From a bacterium (GTDB lineage Bacteria > Auribacterota > UBA3054 > B51-G9), in assembly GCA_029933535.1 (NCBI GenBank), contig JAOZNZ010000003.1, forward strand, positions 1 through 29,988: a stretch of DNA of 29,988 nt. The letters are read 5' to 3'. The translations under genes were made by a program, and so were the position numbers. Each line of letters opens with the position of its first letter. Position 1 is the first letter of the stretch. The notes under the pieces were generated by a model. It did not search any database. It was not told the DNA's origin and saw only the letters and a list, made by a program, of their open reading frames with translations. Shown here in pieces: positions 8,093 through 16,488 of the stretch.

Positions 8093-10664
8093 AAAAATAT
8101 TTTTATTTCTTCTTTTTATTTTTTCAGCAAATATTTTTGCTTTGAATTTAAATGAAAATTCTATTACCGGGAAAACAGCTTCAGCATTAAATTACGCATT
8201 TAAAAATCTTGGTATTTCCCGTAGAAGTCTTGGATTTGAAAAAGCCTGGTATAAAGATGAATTCCGTCTGCCAATTCAGGAAAAATGTCTTGCAGATCCT
8301 GTTTTTCCAATTGAAATGAGTGATAAACTGATTTCTAATATTGATAATTTATCCCCTCTACAAATTATTTCTGAAATTACATCTGTTCCTTACTCAGAAA
8401 AAAATTCAACTAATTCAATTGAAAATCTGATTCAAATCCGCGAAAAATTATTTGTTTTTTTTCAAAAATATCAAAACAAAAAACTTTATAATTATTTGAT
8501 TTTTAATTTTAGTAACGTTAAAGAAAAAAGAAACGAATTCGATAATCTTATTAATGCAGGCGCAAATAAACAAATTATTAATAATTTGATTAATCAAGCT
8601 GATAATTATTTACTTCAGGAAGAAAATATTAATCAATATATTTTTACTGAATTATCAAATTTTTCAGTTTCTCAATGTATTTCCTATGTTTATGAAGTTA
8701 TTAATAATGCAAACAAAATAACTTTTGATGATAAATTTATAAAATTAAAAGATGATTTTATAAAAAAAGGTATCCAAATAGGTTCTTATGGCAGAGATGT
8801 TTATACAAATAAAAATACGTGGCTTATTATTGATCCGGGGGGCGATGATATTTATGATAATTTATCAGGTTTTGCTTCAATTGAAATTAATCAACCACTA
8901 AAAATTATTATTGATTTTGACGGCGATGATGTTTATAAAAATGATTTTTCTTTTGGCGCAGCTTGCGGTATTTTTGGAATAAGTGTTTTAATTGATAAAA
9001 ATGGAAATGATAGTTATAAAAATGGATCTATGGCTCAGGGAGCAGGATTGGGTGGAGTAGGAATTTTAATGGATTCTAATGGTGATGATTTTTATTCTGC
9101 TGATAATTATTCCCAGGGCGCGGGATTTTTTGGACTTGGTGCGCTTATTGATAATAACGGTAATGATAATTTTAATGTTAGTTCTTATGGTCAGGCTATT
9201 GGCTTTACAAAAGGTTATGGTTTTTTAATTGATAATAATGGAAATGATATTTATTATGCCGGAGGTGTTTATCCGGATATCGGAAGATATGATAATAATT
9301 ATATTTCTATGAGCCAGGGAATAGGTATTGGTAAACGTCCTTTTGCTTCCGGGGGTATTGGAACCCTAATTGATAAAAACGGGAATGATACATATATTGC
9401 TGATGTTTTCGGTCAGGGATCTGCTTATTGGTTTGGGTTAGGTATGCTGATCGATAAACGTGGTCAGGATACTTACAATTTATATGAATATGGACAAGGT
9501 GCAGGTATTCACATGGGTTGCGGGATTCTTGCTGATGGAGAAGGTAATGATGTCTATACTTTGAAAGGTGGAATTGGTCAGGGAGCCGAACATGATTTTT
9601 CGGTTGGTCTTCTTAGAGACTATTCAGGAAATGATAAGTATAATGGAAATATTACCGTTCAGGGAGGAGCAATAAATAACGGCGTTTCTTTCTTAATTGA
9701 TGATAAAGGCAATGATTGGTACAGTTCCTGGAGCAATATTTCTCATGGTGATGGAGAATGGGCTGAAAGGCGAGATTTTGGTTCTATAGGATTTTTACTT
9801 GATTTATCCGGAAAAGATAAGTATGGAATAAAAGAAACAAATAATTTTAAAAAAATAAACGGCTTAATAGGCATTTGTGTTGATTTCCCCACTAATTTTA
9901 TCTATACAAATAAAATTAATTTAATTAATAAAAAATTAGCAATAAATAAATTTGAAAACTGCTACCCTTATTCACTTAAATATAAATCACCCAAAATTGA
10001 AAATGTTAATTTTGAAAGATTATATCGAATGGCTATTGAATCTTCATATTCAAAAGAAAAAAATATATTATCAGAAAAAGCTGTAAATAAATTAAAACAA
10101 CTCGGACCAAAAATTATTCCTTTACTCGCTAAAAAAATCGAACATCCGTGTAATCAAAGCAGTTATGCAATTCAGAATATAATTATGTCGTGGAAAACTA
10201 ATGCAATTCCAATGTTACTGGAAGCATATAATTCAACAACAAATCAACGGGTTAAACGTGTATTAATATATTTTATGGGATTAAATCGTGACAACAGAAT
10301 TGAACCTGCTGCAGTTAAAGAATTAAATGATAATAAAAACAGATCAATAGCTTTGTGGGCACTTGGAAATTGTGGAGTTACTCAATCAATTGAATATGCA
10401 GAAAAATATTTATTTGAAGGTGAAACTGAAATGACACGTGTCCGCAGCGCGGGAATTTTAAGAAAAGTAGGTTCAACGAATGAAACAGCTATGTTGGTTG
10501 ATATTTTGAAATTACCGGATGATAATATGTGGAATTTAAAATGTGCAGCGGTTAAAGCATTGGAAAAGCAAAGCAATACGGTTATTTCAGTAATAAAAGA
10601 AGAGTGGGAAGAATTACCTGAAGACTCGAAAGCACTGATAAACAGTGTTTTTAAGGTAAATTAA
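8079..10664 (+). CDS. Large secreted hypothetical protein with 12 LxDxxGxDxY repeats and a C-terminal HEAT-like helical region
   Basis: Signal peptide-like MKFVSKIFLFLLFIFSANIFA; repeats such as VLIDKNGNDSY, FLIDNNGNDIY, TLIDKNGNDTY; C-terminal RSIALWALGNCG and VRSAGILRKVG. Confidence 0.75.
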   Translation: MKFVSKIFLFLLFIFSANIFALNLNENSITGKTASALNYAFKNLGISRRSLGFEKAWYKDEFRLPIQEKCLADPVFPIEMSDKLISNIDNLSPLQIISEITSVPYSEKNSTNSIENLIQIREKLFVFFQKYQNKKLYNYLIFNFSNVKEKRNEFDNLINAGANKQIINNLINQADNYLLQEENINQYIFTELSNFSVSQCISYVYEVINNANKITFDDKFIKLKDDFIKKGIQIGSYGRDVYTNKNTWLIIDPGGDDIYDNLSGFASIEINQPLKIIIDFDGDDVYKNDFSFGAACGIFGISVLIDKNGNDSYKNGSMAQGAGLGGVGILMDSNGDDFYSADNYSQGAGFFGLGALIDNNGNDNFNVSSYGQAIGFTKGYGFLIDNNGNDIYYAGGVYPDIGRYDNNYISMSQGIGIGKRPFASGGIGTLIDKNGNDTYIADVFGQGSAYWFGLGMLIDKRGQDTYNLYEYGQGAGIHMGCGILADGEGNDVYTLKGGIGQGAEHDFSVGLLRDYSGNDKYNGNITVQGGAINNGVSFLIDDKGNDWYSSWSNISHGDGEWAERRDFGSIGFLLDLSGKDKYGIKETNNFKKINGLIGICVDFPTNFIYTNKINLINKKLAINKFENCYPYSLKYKSPKIENVNFERLYRMAIESSYSKEKNILSEKAVNKLKQLGPKIIPLLAKKIEHPCNQSSYAIQNIIMSWKTNAIPMLLEAYNSTTNQRVKRVLIYFMGLNRDNRIEPAAVKELNDNKNRSIALWALGNCGVTQSIEYAEKYLFEGETEMTRVRSAGILRKVGSTNETAMLVDILKLPDDNMWNLKCAAVKALEKQSNTVISVIKEEWEELPEDSKALINSVFKVN

Positions 10665-10688
10665 GCTCTTGACCGGCGCATGCCGAGT

Positions 10689-10764
10689 CTCCCTTTATTA
10701 AAGGGAGTACCCGCAATAGCGGGGGAGGGATTTAAATCCCCCTAACCCCCTTTAGGAAAGGGGG
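10689..10764. repeat. Head-to-head pair of REP-like palindromic units (BIME-like)
   Basis: Hairpins CTCCCTTT-ATT-AAAGGGAG, CCCGC-AATA-GCGGG, GGGATTTAAATCCC, CCCCCTTT-AGG-AAAGGGGG between convergent genes. Confidence 0.7.
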
Positions 10765-10771
10765 AATCGAT

Positions 10772-10794
10772 AAGTTTGCCTGTCAGGCAAACTT
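10772..10794. terminator. Probable bidirectional terminator
   Basis: Perfect inverted repeat AAGTTTGCCTG-T-CAGGCAAACTT between convergent genes. Confidence 0.6.
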
Positions 10795-10803
10795 TTGCTT
10801 TGA

Positions 10804-11229
10804 TTACTCTTCAGCTATTTCAATTCCTTTATCTTTTAAAAATGTCCCGAATTCCAGATCTACTACACAAATATGTTTGACAAGCCAATTAATTAACAGA
10901 GTATCAATTGAATCGGCAAGTTGATGTGTAGCCCCGTCTTCAGTAAAATAATCTACTAAATCGTTTAATGTTGTTTTGAACTCATCATGTTTTAATTTTT
11001 GATGTTCAAGACCGGGATAATTAGTTTCACTCATATGTTTTTCTTCGGCAGAAAAATGATAATTAGTATATTCAATCAAAAAATCAAGTGTTTTAACAAT
11101 TTGATTAACGCTATGATGTGATTCTATAGCATTTGTCAGGTCGTTAAGATGTTGTATAAGCAATTTATGCTGTTCATCAACTAATTCAACACCAATAGAC
11201 ATATCATCGGTCCATAGTATTTTTTTCAT
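10804..11229 (-). CDS. Bacteriohemerythrin-like protein
   Basis: W...MSIGV..VDEQH, YTNYHFSAEE, YP..EHQKLKH, WLVKHICVVD. Confidence 0.9.
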   Translation of the reverse strand: MKKILWTDDMSIGVELVDEQHKLLIQHLNDLTNAIESHHSVNQIVKTLDFLIEYTNYHFSAEEKHMSETNYPGLEHQKLKHDEFKTTLNDLVDYFTEDGATHQLADSIDTLLINWLVKHICVVDLEFGTFLKDKGIEIAEE

Positions 11230-11309
11230 AATATTTTTTCCTTTATTTTATTATTATCCCGTTGAGAGAGAAATAAGTCTTTATAACGCATTAATTTAAT
11301 ATACTTATC

Positions 11310-11338
11310 ATAATATCAAAATTAATATTTATTGTCAA
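11310..11338 (-). promoter_or_regulatory. Sigma70 promoter for the hemerythrin gene
   Basis: TTGACA (11338-11333) - 17 nt - TATTAT (11315-11310). Confidence 0.65.
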
Positions 11339-11342
11339 ATTA

Positions 11343-11996
11343 TTAATATCCAAAAGAATATACTTTCTCCAATTCTTCAGCTTCTGAAAGATGTTTTGGG
11401 GTAATCATTATTCTGTTAGTCGGTACCGGGCCGGCTTCTACCATTTCTAAATCATTTTTATAAGGTTTCCAATCTAATTCGCCAAGGGAATACAATTTCC
11501 CTAATTCAATTTTACTTACATCTTTGAAGGCTTTAAATACTAATTCTGAGCAATAAATATTTTCGTCATCCATTTTATAATTAATATCATATAATCTGCC
11601 TTGATATTTATTAAGAGCGTTAACAAAATCAGGAATAAATTTTGAATATGATTTTTTAACTCTGAAAACTTCAATTGCTGAAGACCTTCCTCTCAAAATC
11701 CACAGATATAATGGAGTTGAATGAACGTCACCGATAGCTTCATTTACAACCCATTTATCATTTTCTTTTATAACTACACCACAATGTGAAAATGGGGAAT
11801 GTGTTACACCTTCAATAATATTAACTAAGATACATTTTGGAAGTGATTGAAAAACAATATCTCCTTCTTGTGGACTATAAGACCATAATGGATATGCAGG
11901 AAAAAGAAGAACATAAAATGCTGTTATTATACCGAAACCGATAATAATAAAAAACCTTATTTTTCCGCCTTTTGATTTTGGAAATAAAATATCCAT
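11343..11996 (-). CDS. YiiX/YebB-like permuted papain-like (NlpC/P60) amidase with N-terminal membrane anchor
   Basis: GDIVFQ, FSHCGVV (His) before G..YD....D...IYCSELV (Cys), final ITP; hydrophobic segment near N-terminus. Confidence 0.85.
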   Translation of the reverse strand: MDILFPKSKGGKIRFFIIIGFGIITAFYVLLFPAYPLWSYSPQEGDIVFQSLPKCILVNIIEGVTHSPFSHCGVVIKENDKWVVNEAIGDVHSTPLYLWILRGRSSAIEVFRVKKSYSKFIPDFVNALNKYQGRLYDINYKMDDENIYCSELVFKAFKDVSKIELGKLYSLGELDWKPYKNDLEMVEAGPVPTNRIMITPKHLSEAEELEKVYSFGY

Positions 11997-11997
11997 T

Positions 11998-12705
11998 TTA
12001 TTCTATGGCTGCGAATTTTTTTACATCGTTTTCTTTACCTGCAACGACGAGAATATCATCTTTTTCAAAAATATCTTCAGGAGAGAAAGTTAAAAGAAAA
12101 TTTCTAATTTCTTCTTTATCGTTGTCATTATCAGTTTCTTGTTTTTTGTTTTCTATAAGCCTTCTGATTCCTATGACATTTATACCATATCTTGAGCGAA
12201 CTCTCAAATCATAAATATTTTTACCAATAAAACTTTCAGGTACTTTTAATTCAGCAATTGCCGCGTTATCAGATAAAGGAATAAGTTCTGTAAGTCCCGG
12301 TGTGGCAATTTTTTGAGCTGTTCGCAATCCCATTTCCTTTTCAGGATTTACTACTTCGTCAGCTCCAACAACTTTAAGGATTCTGGCGTGTAAGTCTGTT
12401 GAAGCTCTTGCAATAATTCTTGTTACACCGAGTTGTTTTAGTAAAGCGGTAGTAAGAATATTATTTTGAATATTATTGTCACCAATTGCACAAATGACAG
12501 TATCTATTTCTTCAATTCTCGCTTCGCGCAAAGCAGATTCGTTTGTACTGTTAAAAGACAACGCATTGTCAACATCTTTGCTGATATCCTGAACAAGATT
12601 ACGATTTATATCAATAGCGAGTACCGGGAAATGATGTTGTGATAGCCATAAGGCCACTTCTGTTCCAAAACGTCCGAGACCGATAACTGCGAATTTTTTG
12701 CTCAT
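11998..12705 (-). CDS. ktrA: KtrA/TrkA-family K+ uptake regulatory RCK subunit
   Basis: FAVIGLGRFG, VLAIDIN, IIARAS...HARILKVVGADEVVNPEKEMG, RCK_C domain; SD AAGGAG. Confidence 0.9.
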   Translation of the reverse strand: MSKKFAVIGLGRFGTEVALWLSQHHFPVLAIDINRNLVQDISKDVDNALSFNSTNESALREARIEEIDTVICAIGDNNIQNNILTTALLKQLGVTRIIARASTDLHARILKVVGADEVVNPEKEMGLRTAQKIATPGLTELIPLSDNAAIAELKVPESFIGKNIYDLRVRSRYGINVIGIRRLIENKKQETDNDNDKEEIRNFLLTFSPEDIFEKDDILVVAGKENDVKKFAAIE

Positions 12706-12745
12706 AATATCTCCTTACAGTTCGATTAAAAAATAAATTAAAAAT

Positions 12746-12843
12746 AGCCACAAAGTCACAAAGCCACAAAAAGAAAAGACTCATGATAATTAGTGTAATT
12801 AATATCAAAAAAATTATATTCATATTTTTAGTGCCTTAGTGGC
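12746..12843. repeat. Inverted pair of octamer arrays around a 57-nt AT-rich spacer
   Basis: AGCCACAA AGTCACAA AGCCACAA (12746-12769) and TTTAGTGC CTTAGTGGC (12827-12843); 13/16 complementary. Confidence 0.75.
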
Positions 12844-12872
12844 AAATTTGAATTATAATAATAAATAAAAGT

Positions 12873-14945
12873 TCAACCTACCATTATATCAGCTTTAGGA
12901 TAAAATATTTCCTGCCTCTTCATCGGCTGCATTGACAATACAAGAGTAAGAGGTCCAACGCGACCGATAAACATTAAAACAATAATTACAAGTTTACCGA
13001 AAGTATTTAAATTAACGGTATCGCCCATACTCAAGCCAACAGTTCCAAACGCGGAAACGGTTTCAAAAGCGATAGATTCAGGGGAAAAAGACTGTGTAGC
13101 AATTAAAAAAGCAAAGCCTAAAACACAAGTAGTGATTCCCAGAAAAAAGACGGCAGCTGCACGATAAATTGTGCTATTAGATATAGAATAATTAAATCCT
13201 TGTGTTTCTTTATCACCGCGCATTAAAGTCCGAACAGTTAACAAAAGAATAAAAATAGTTGTTATTTTTACCCCGCCACCGGTTGATCCGGGAGCAACCC
13301 CGATAAACATAAGAACGATTGTAACAAATCTTGTAAGTGGAGAAACAGAATCAACAGTAATGGTATTAAAACCTGCGGTACGCGGAGTAACGGAATAAAA
13401 CCACGCGTTAGAGATTTTATCTATAACAGAGAAATTTTTAAGGGCTCCATTATTTTCGAATAAAAGAACAAAGCAAGTCATTCCGACAAGTAAAATAATA
13501 GTGGAATAGAAAACAACTTTTACATGAAAGCTAATTTTTCTATGTTTAAAAGTCATTATTTCAAAAAACCAGTAAAGAACTCCAAAACCCAGGCCGCCAA
13601 TAATTATAAGAGCAGAAAAAGTAAACAAAATTCCCGGATTATATTGAAAAGGTATTAAACTGTCGGTTTGAAGAGAAAAACCGGCGTTACAAAACGCGCT
13701 AATGGAATGAAAAACACTTTTCCAAAGGTTTGTTTTTAAAGGAATATTGAGTGACGAAAACTGTAAAAATAAAGTCGCTGCGCCAATAATTTCGATTATA
13801 AAAGTAAAAAGACAAATAAATTTTATCAGTCTGTATACCCTGTTAACACTTGCCTCTCCGGTCATTTTTGTGAGAGAATATTCCTGTCCTAATCCCACAT
13901 TTCTTCCAATAATAATTGCGGCAAAAGTTGATATTGTCATAATGCCAAGTCCACCGACTTGTATTAAAATCAGAATAATTGACTGGCCGAAGACAGTAAA
14001 GTCATGAGGAGTATCAAGAACTATTAATCCTGTAACACAGGTAGCGCTTACAGCGGTAAAAATGGCATCAATTGCTTTAATAGAAGAATCACCGGCTGAG
14101 GCATAAGGAAAAGAGAGTATAATTGCTCCGATACTTATTACAATAAAAAAACTTAAACCCAATAATTGTGCCGGCCTGCGAAATAAATATTTACTTAATT
14201 TCCCTGCGAACTTTGTTTTTGAAAAATATCGGATTGTAACAATTACTTGTCTAAAAGCAATAAGCGCGATAACAGTAAACAGATTATTAGTTAATAAATA
14301 CGTAAAAATAATTAGAGGAATAAGAAGCCATTCAATATAAGGACCATGTCGGAAAGAAGGGCGATTAATTCTCCATTCCTGTTTGCAGGAAACAAATAAA
14401 ACACTTAAAAATAAAATTATAATGGAAATGATGCCAATATGCGAGTTAACTATCCGATAACCCGCTTCCAGGATAGCGAGGCAAATAACAACACCATTCA
14501 ACCATAATAGAATACGTCCCCAAACACCCGGTTGAAATTTATCGTTATCCGATAAGCCGGCAACATTTTTATTAAAATTTTTACTATCTTTTAAAAGTAA
14601 AAAACCGGTAATTAAATTAAATAAAATACCAATAAAATTAATTGTCCAATCATTTGCAAAACAGTAAGCGAAACAGCATGACATACCAAAAAAAGCAAAA
14701 GCGCCAATAAAAAAGCCTGATTTTTTTCTTGAATATAAAAAAGAAACAGCAATAACAGCAAGAATTATAAAACATATAATGGCAATAATTCCGGTAAAAG
14801 AAATATGATCCCGTGCTCCGAATAAATTACCATAATTATTAATAGTAACGAGTAAAAAAATATTTACAGGTATAGCAGTTAATAATTGTACAATTCTCAG
14901 CAGAGAAGTGCGTCGTTGTTTAATATTTAATAAATGAAGGTTCAT
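12873..14945 (-). CDS. ktrB: KtrB/TrkH-family K+ uptake membrane subunit with long N-terminal membrane extension
   Basis: Four pore motifs SATCVTGL, SAFCNAGF, TPRTAGF, SAFGTVGLS; MFIGRVGPLT; start ATG 14945 or GTG 14951. Confidence 0.9.
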   Translation of the reverse strand: MNLHLLNIKQRRTSLLRIVQLLTAIPVNIFLLVTINNYGNLFGARDHISFTGIIAIICFIILAVIAVSFLYSRKKSGFFIGAFAFFGMSCCFAYCFANDWTINFIGILFNLITGFLLLKDSKNFNKNVAGLSDNDKFQPGVWGRILLWLNGVVICLAILEAGYRIVNSHIGIISIIILFLSVLFVSCKQEWRINRPSFRHGPYIEWLLIPLIIFTYLLTNNLFTVIALIAFRQVIVTIRYFSKTKFAGKLSKYLFRRPAQLLGLSFFIVISIGAIILSFPYASAGDSSIKAIDAIFTAVSATCVTGLIVLDTPHDFTVFGQSIILILIQVGGLGIMTISTFAAIIIGRNVGLGQEYSLTKMTGEASVNRVYRLIKFICLFTFIIEIIGAATLFLQFSSLNIPLKTNLWKSVFHSISAFCNAGFSLQTDSLIPFQYNPGILFTFSALIIIGGLGFGVLYWFFEIMTFKHRKISFHVKVVFYSTIILLVGMTCFVLLFENNGALKNFSVIDKISNAWFYSVTPRTAGFNTITVDSVSPLTRFVTIVLMFIGVAPGSTGGGVKITTIFILLLTVRTLMRGDKETQGFNYSISNSTIYRAAAVFFLGITTCVLGFAFLIATQSFSPESIAFETVSAFGTVGLSMGDTVNLNTFGKLVIIVLMFIGRVGPLTLVLSMQPMKRQEIFYPKADIMVG

Positions 14946-14986
14946 TAACACATATTATACAAAAAAATATAAAATTATAACAGAAT

Positions 14987-15017
14987 AAAAAAGCTCTTCT
15001 AAAAAAGAAGAGCTTTT
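14987..15017 (-). terminator. Intrinsic terminator after the 424-aa gene
   Basis: AAAAGCTCTTCT-AAAAA-AGAAGAGCTTTT 12-bp stem (14989-15017) ending in a T run on the minus strand. Confidence 0.75.
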
Positions 15018-15046
15018 AAAAATAAAATAAAATAATAATATATAAT

Positions 15047-16321
15047 TTATTTAACTTGTTTGCCTTTAGCTTTTTTCTCATTCTTTTTATTGTAAGTAAG
15101 AGAAATACTGCTTGGAATAATCCATACCTGCCCGCCTTTTTCGGTATCCTGAGAATTATTACCGGTTAAAACAAGAGTAACAGGAAGCATAATAGCAAGG
15201 TTTTTACCATTTGGAGAAGTGTCGGTTAGCATTGTTGCGCCGCTAATGTCAGATTTTGAAGAATTAAAAGTAAAGTCGAGATATTTATTACCTTTTTTAT
15301 TTTTTGTTTTAAGAGTTAACTTCTTTTTCCCATTATTATCCAATTTAAGAACTAACTTTTTTGTTTTAACTTTATCTTCGCTTCCATCATCAGGAACAAA
15401 AGCTATATAATCACCAATCATAAATGAAACATCCAGATTTCCGAGATTATCTAGATCCGTACCATATTCTGAAATATTAACGCTGCCTTTAATTGTAATT
15501 TTATCTTTGTTAGCTTTATTAAATCTTTGAGAAAATTTTGCTTTTTTAATTTCAATTTTCGTATTATCAGGAACATTAACCGGTGTATTAGCGGAAAAAG
15601 AACTCATAGCTTGTATTTCAGGATCGCTTGAAGCAACCATTAGTTTTGTTCTTACAATTTGAGGAGTTCCATCAAAAGATGATGCATTCCAAGCTACAGC
15701 TCCGGCTGCATTTTCTAAATTTAGTTCTTCAATAATTGTACTTGATGCGGTTTGAAGCCAATTAAGCACAGTATCAAGTCCGGAATAGATATGAGAAGTA
15801 GTTTTTGCGTCATTTAACCTTGCGGCAAAGCCAAGAAAAATGGAATCTTGTTCAAACATCAAAGTTTGATTTGCGATATTAAAACTTCCTATGTCATTTG
15901 TTTCTGTCTGCATTACTCTTGAATCTACAGTATAGCTCATTTTGAGTTGAGTATCTTTTCGCATTGTATAAACAAGAGTTTGATCGAGATTGCTATTAGA
16001 GCCTTCAATGTATGAAACGGTATAAACGTAAAAATTTGAGGAAGAATCTCTGCCATAACCGGTAAACATTTTTCTTTGAGCAAAATTATTATAAAGTTTC
16101 TCTACACCAAGAATATAATCCATGTCATGTAAACTACTGTCATAATGCAAATTAACGCCTACAAGACTTACATGATTAGTTCCCGGAACGGGATCATATT
16201 CAACAAGACCTACGTCTCCATCTCCATCAACTTCGATAGTAATATTTCCGTTATTTAAGGAAGCGGAAAAAGCAAAACCTGTTATAAGCAGAGATAAAGT
16301 AATAATAATTTTTTTCATCAT
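15047..16321 (-). CDS. Secreted hypothetical protein with Lys-rich C-terminal domain
   Basis: Signal peptide-like MMKKIIITLSLLITGFAFSA; own promoter and terminator; no family recognised. Confidence 0.75.
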   Translation of the reverse strand: MMKKIIITLSLLITGFAFSASLNNGNITIEVDGDGDVGLVEYDPVPGTNHVSLVGVNLHYDSSLHDMDYILGVEKLYNNFAQRKMFTGYGRDSSSNFYVYTVSYIEGSNSNLDQTLVYTMRKDTQLKMSYTVDSRVMQTETNDIGSFNIANQTLMFEQDSIFLGFAARLNDAKTTSHIYSGLDTVLNWLQTASSTIIEELNLENAAGAVAWNASSFDGTPQIVRTKLMVASSDPEIQAMSSFSANTPVNVPDNTKIEIKKAKFSQRFNKANKDKITIKGSVNISEYGTDLDNLGNLDVSFMIGDYIAFVPDDGSEDKVKTKKLVLKLDNNGKKKLTLKTKNKKGNKYLDFTFNSSKSDISGATMLTDTSPNGKNLAIMLPVTLVLTGNNSQDTEKGGQVWIIPSSISLTYNKKNEKKAKGKQVK

Positions 16322-16364
16322 TTTGTCCTATGTTTTAAATATATTTAGTTATTATGTTTATTTC

Positions 16365-16393
16365 ATTATACCATATTTAGTATATTAAGACAA
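16365..16393 (-). promoter_or_regulatory. Sigma70 promoter for the 424-aa gene
   Basis: TTGTCT (16393-16388) - 17 nt - TATAAT (16370-16365) with extended -10 TG. Confidence 0.6.
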
Positions 16394-16425
16394 TTGAATT
16401 CACAAAGAGAGAAATAAATAAATTT

Positions 16426-16488
16426 TATGAATGCGGGAATGGGAAATATGGGAATCATATCTTCCAACCTTCCAACTTTCCAACCTTA
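16426..16488. repeat. GGGAAT-type degenerate array plus CTTCCAAC octamer array abutting the methyltransferase stop
   Basis: GGGAAT GGGAAATAT GGGAATCAT; CTTCCAAC CTTCCAAC TTTCCAAC (16461-16484). Confidence 0.75.

Noticed and set aside
12611-12823. 70-aa hydrophobic ORF starting inside the inverted-arm spacer
   Set aside because: Overlaps ktrA out of frame, and its LWLCDFVA segment is the repeat translation. A decayed cargo start cannot be excluded but is unsupported.
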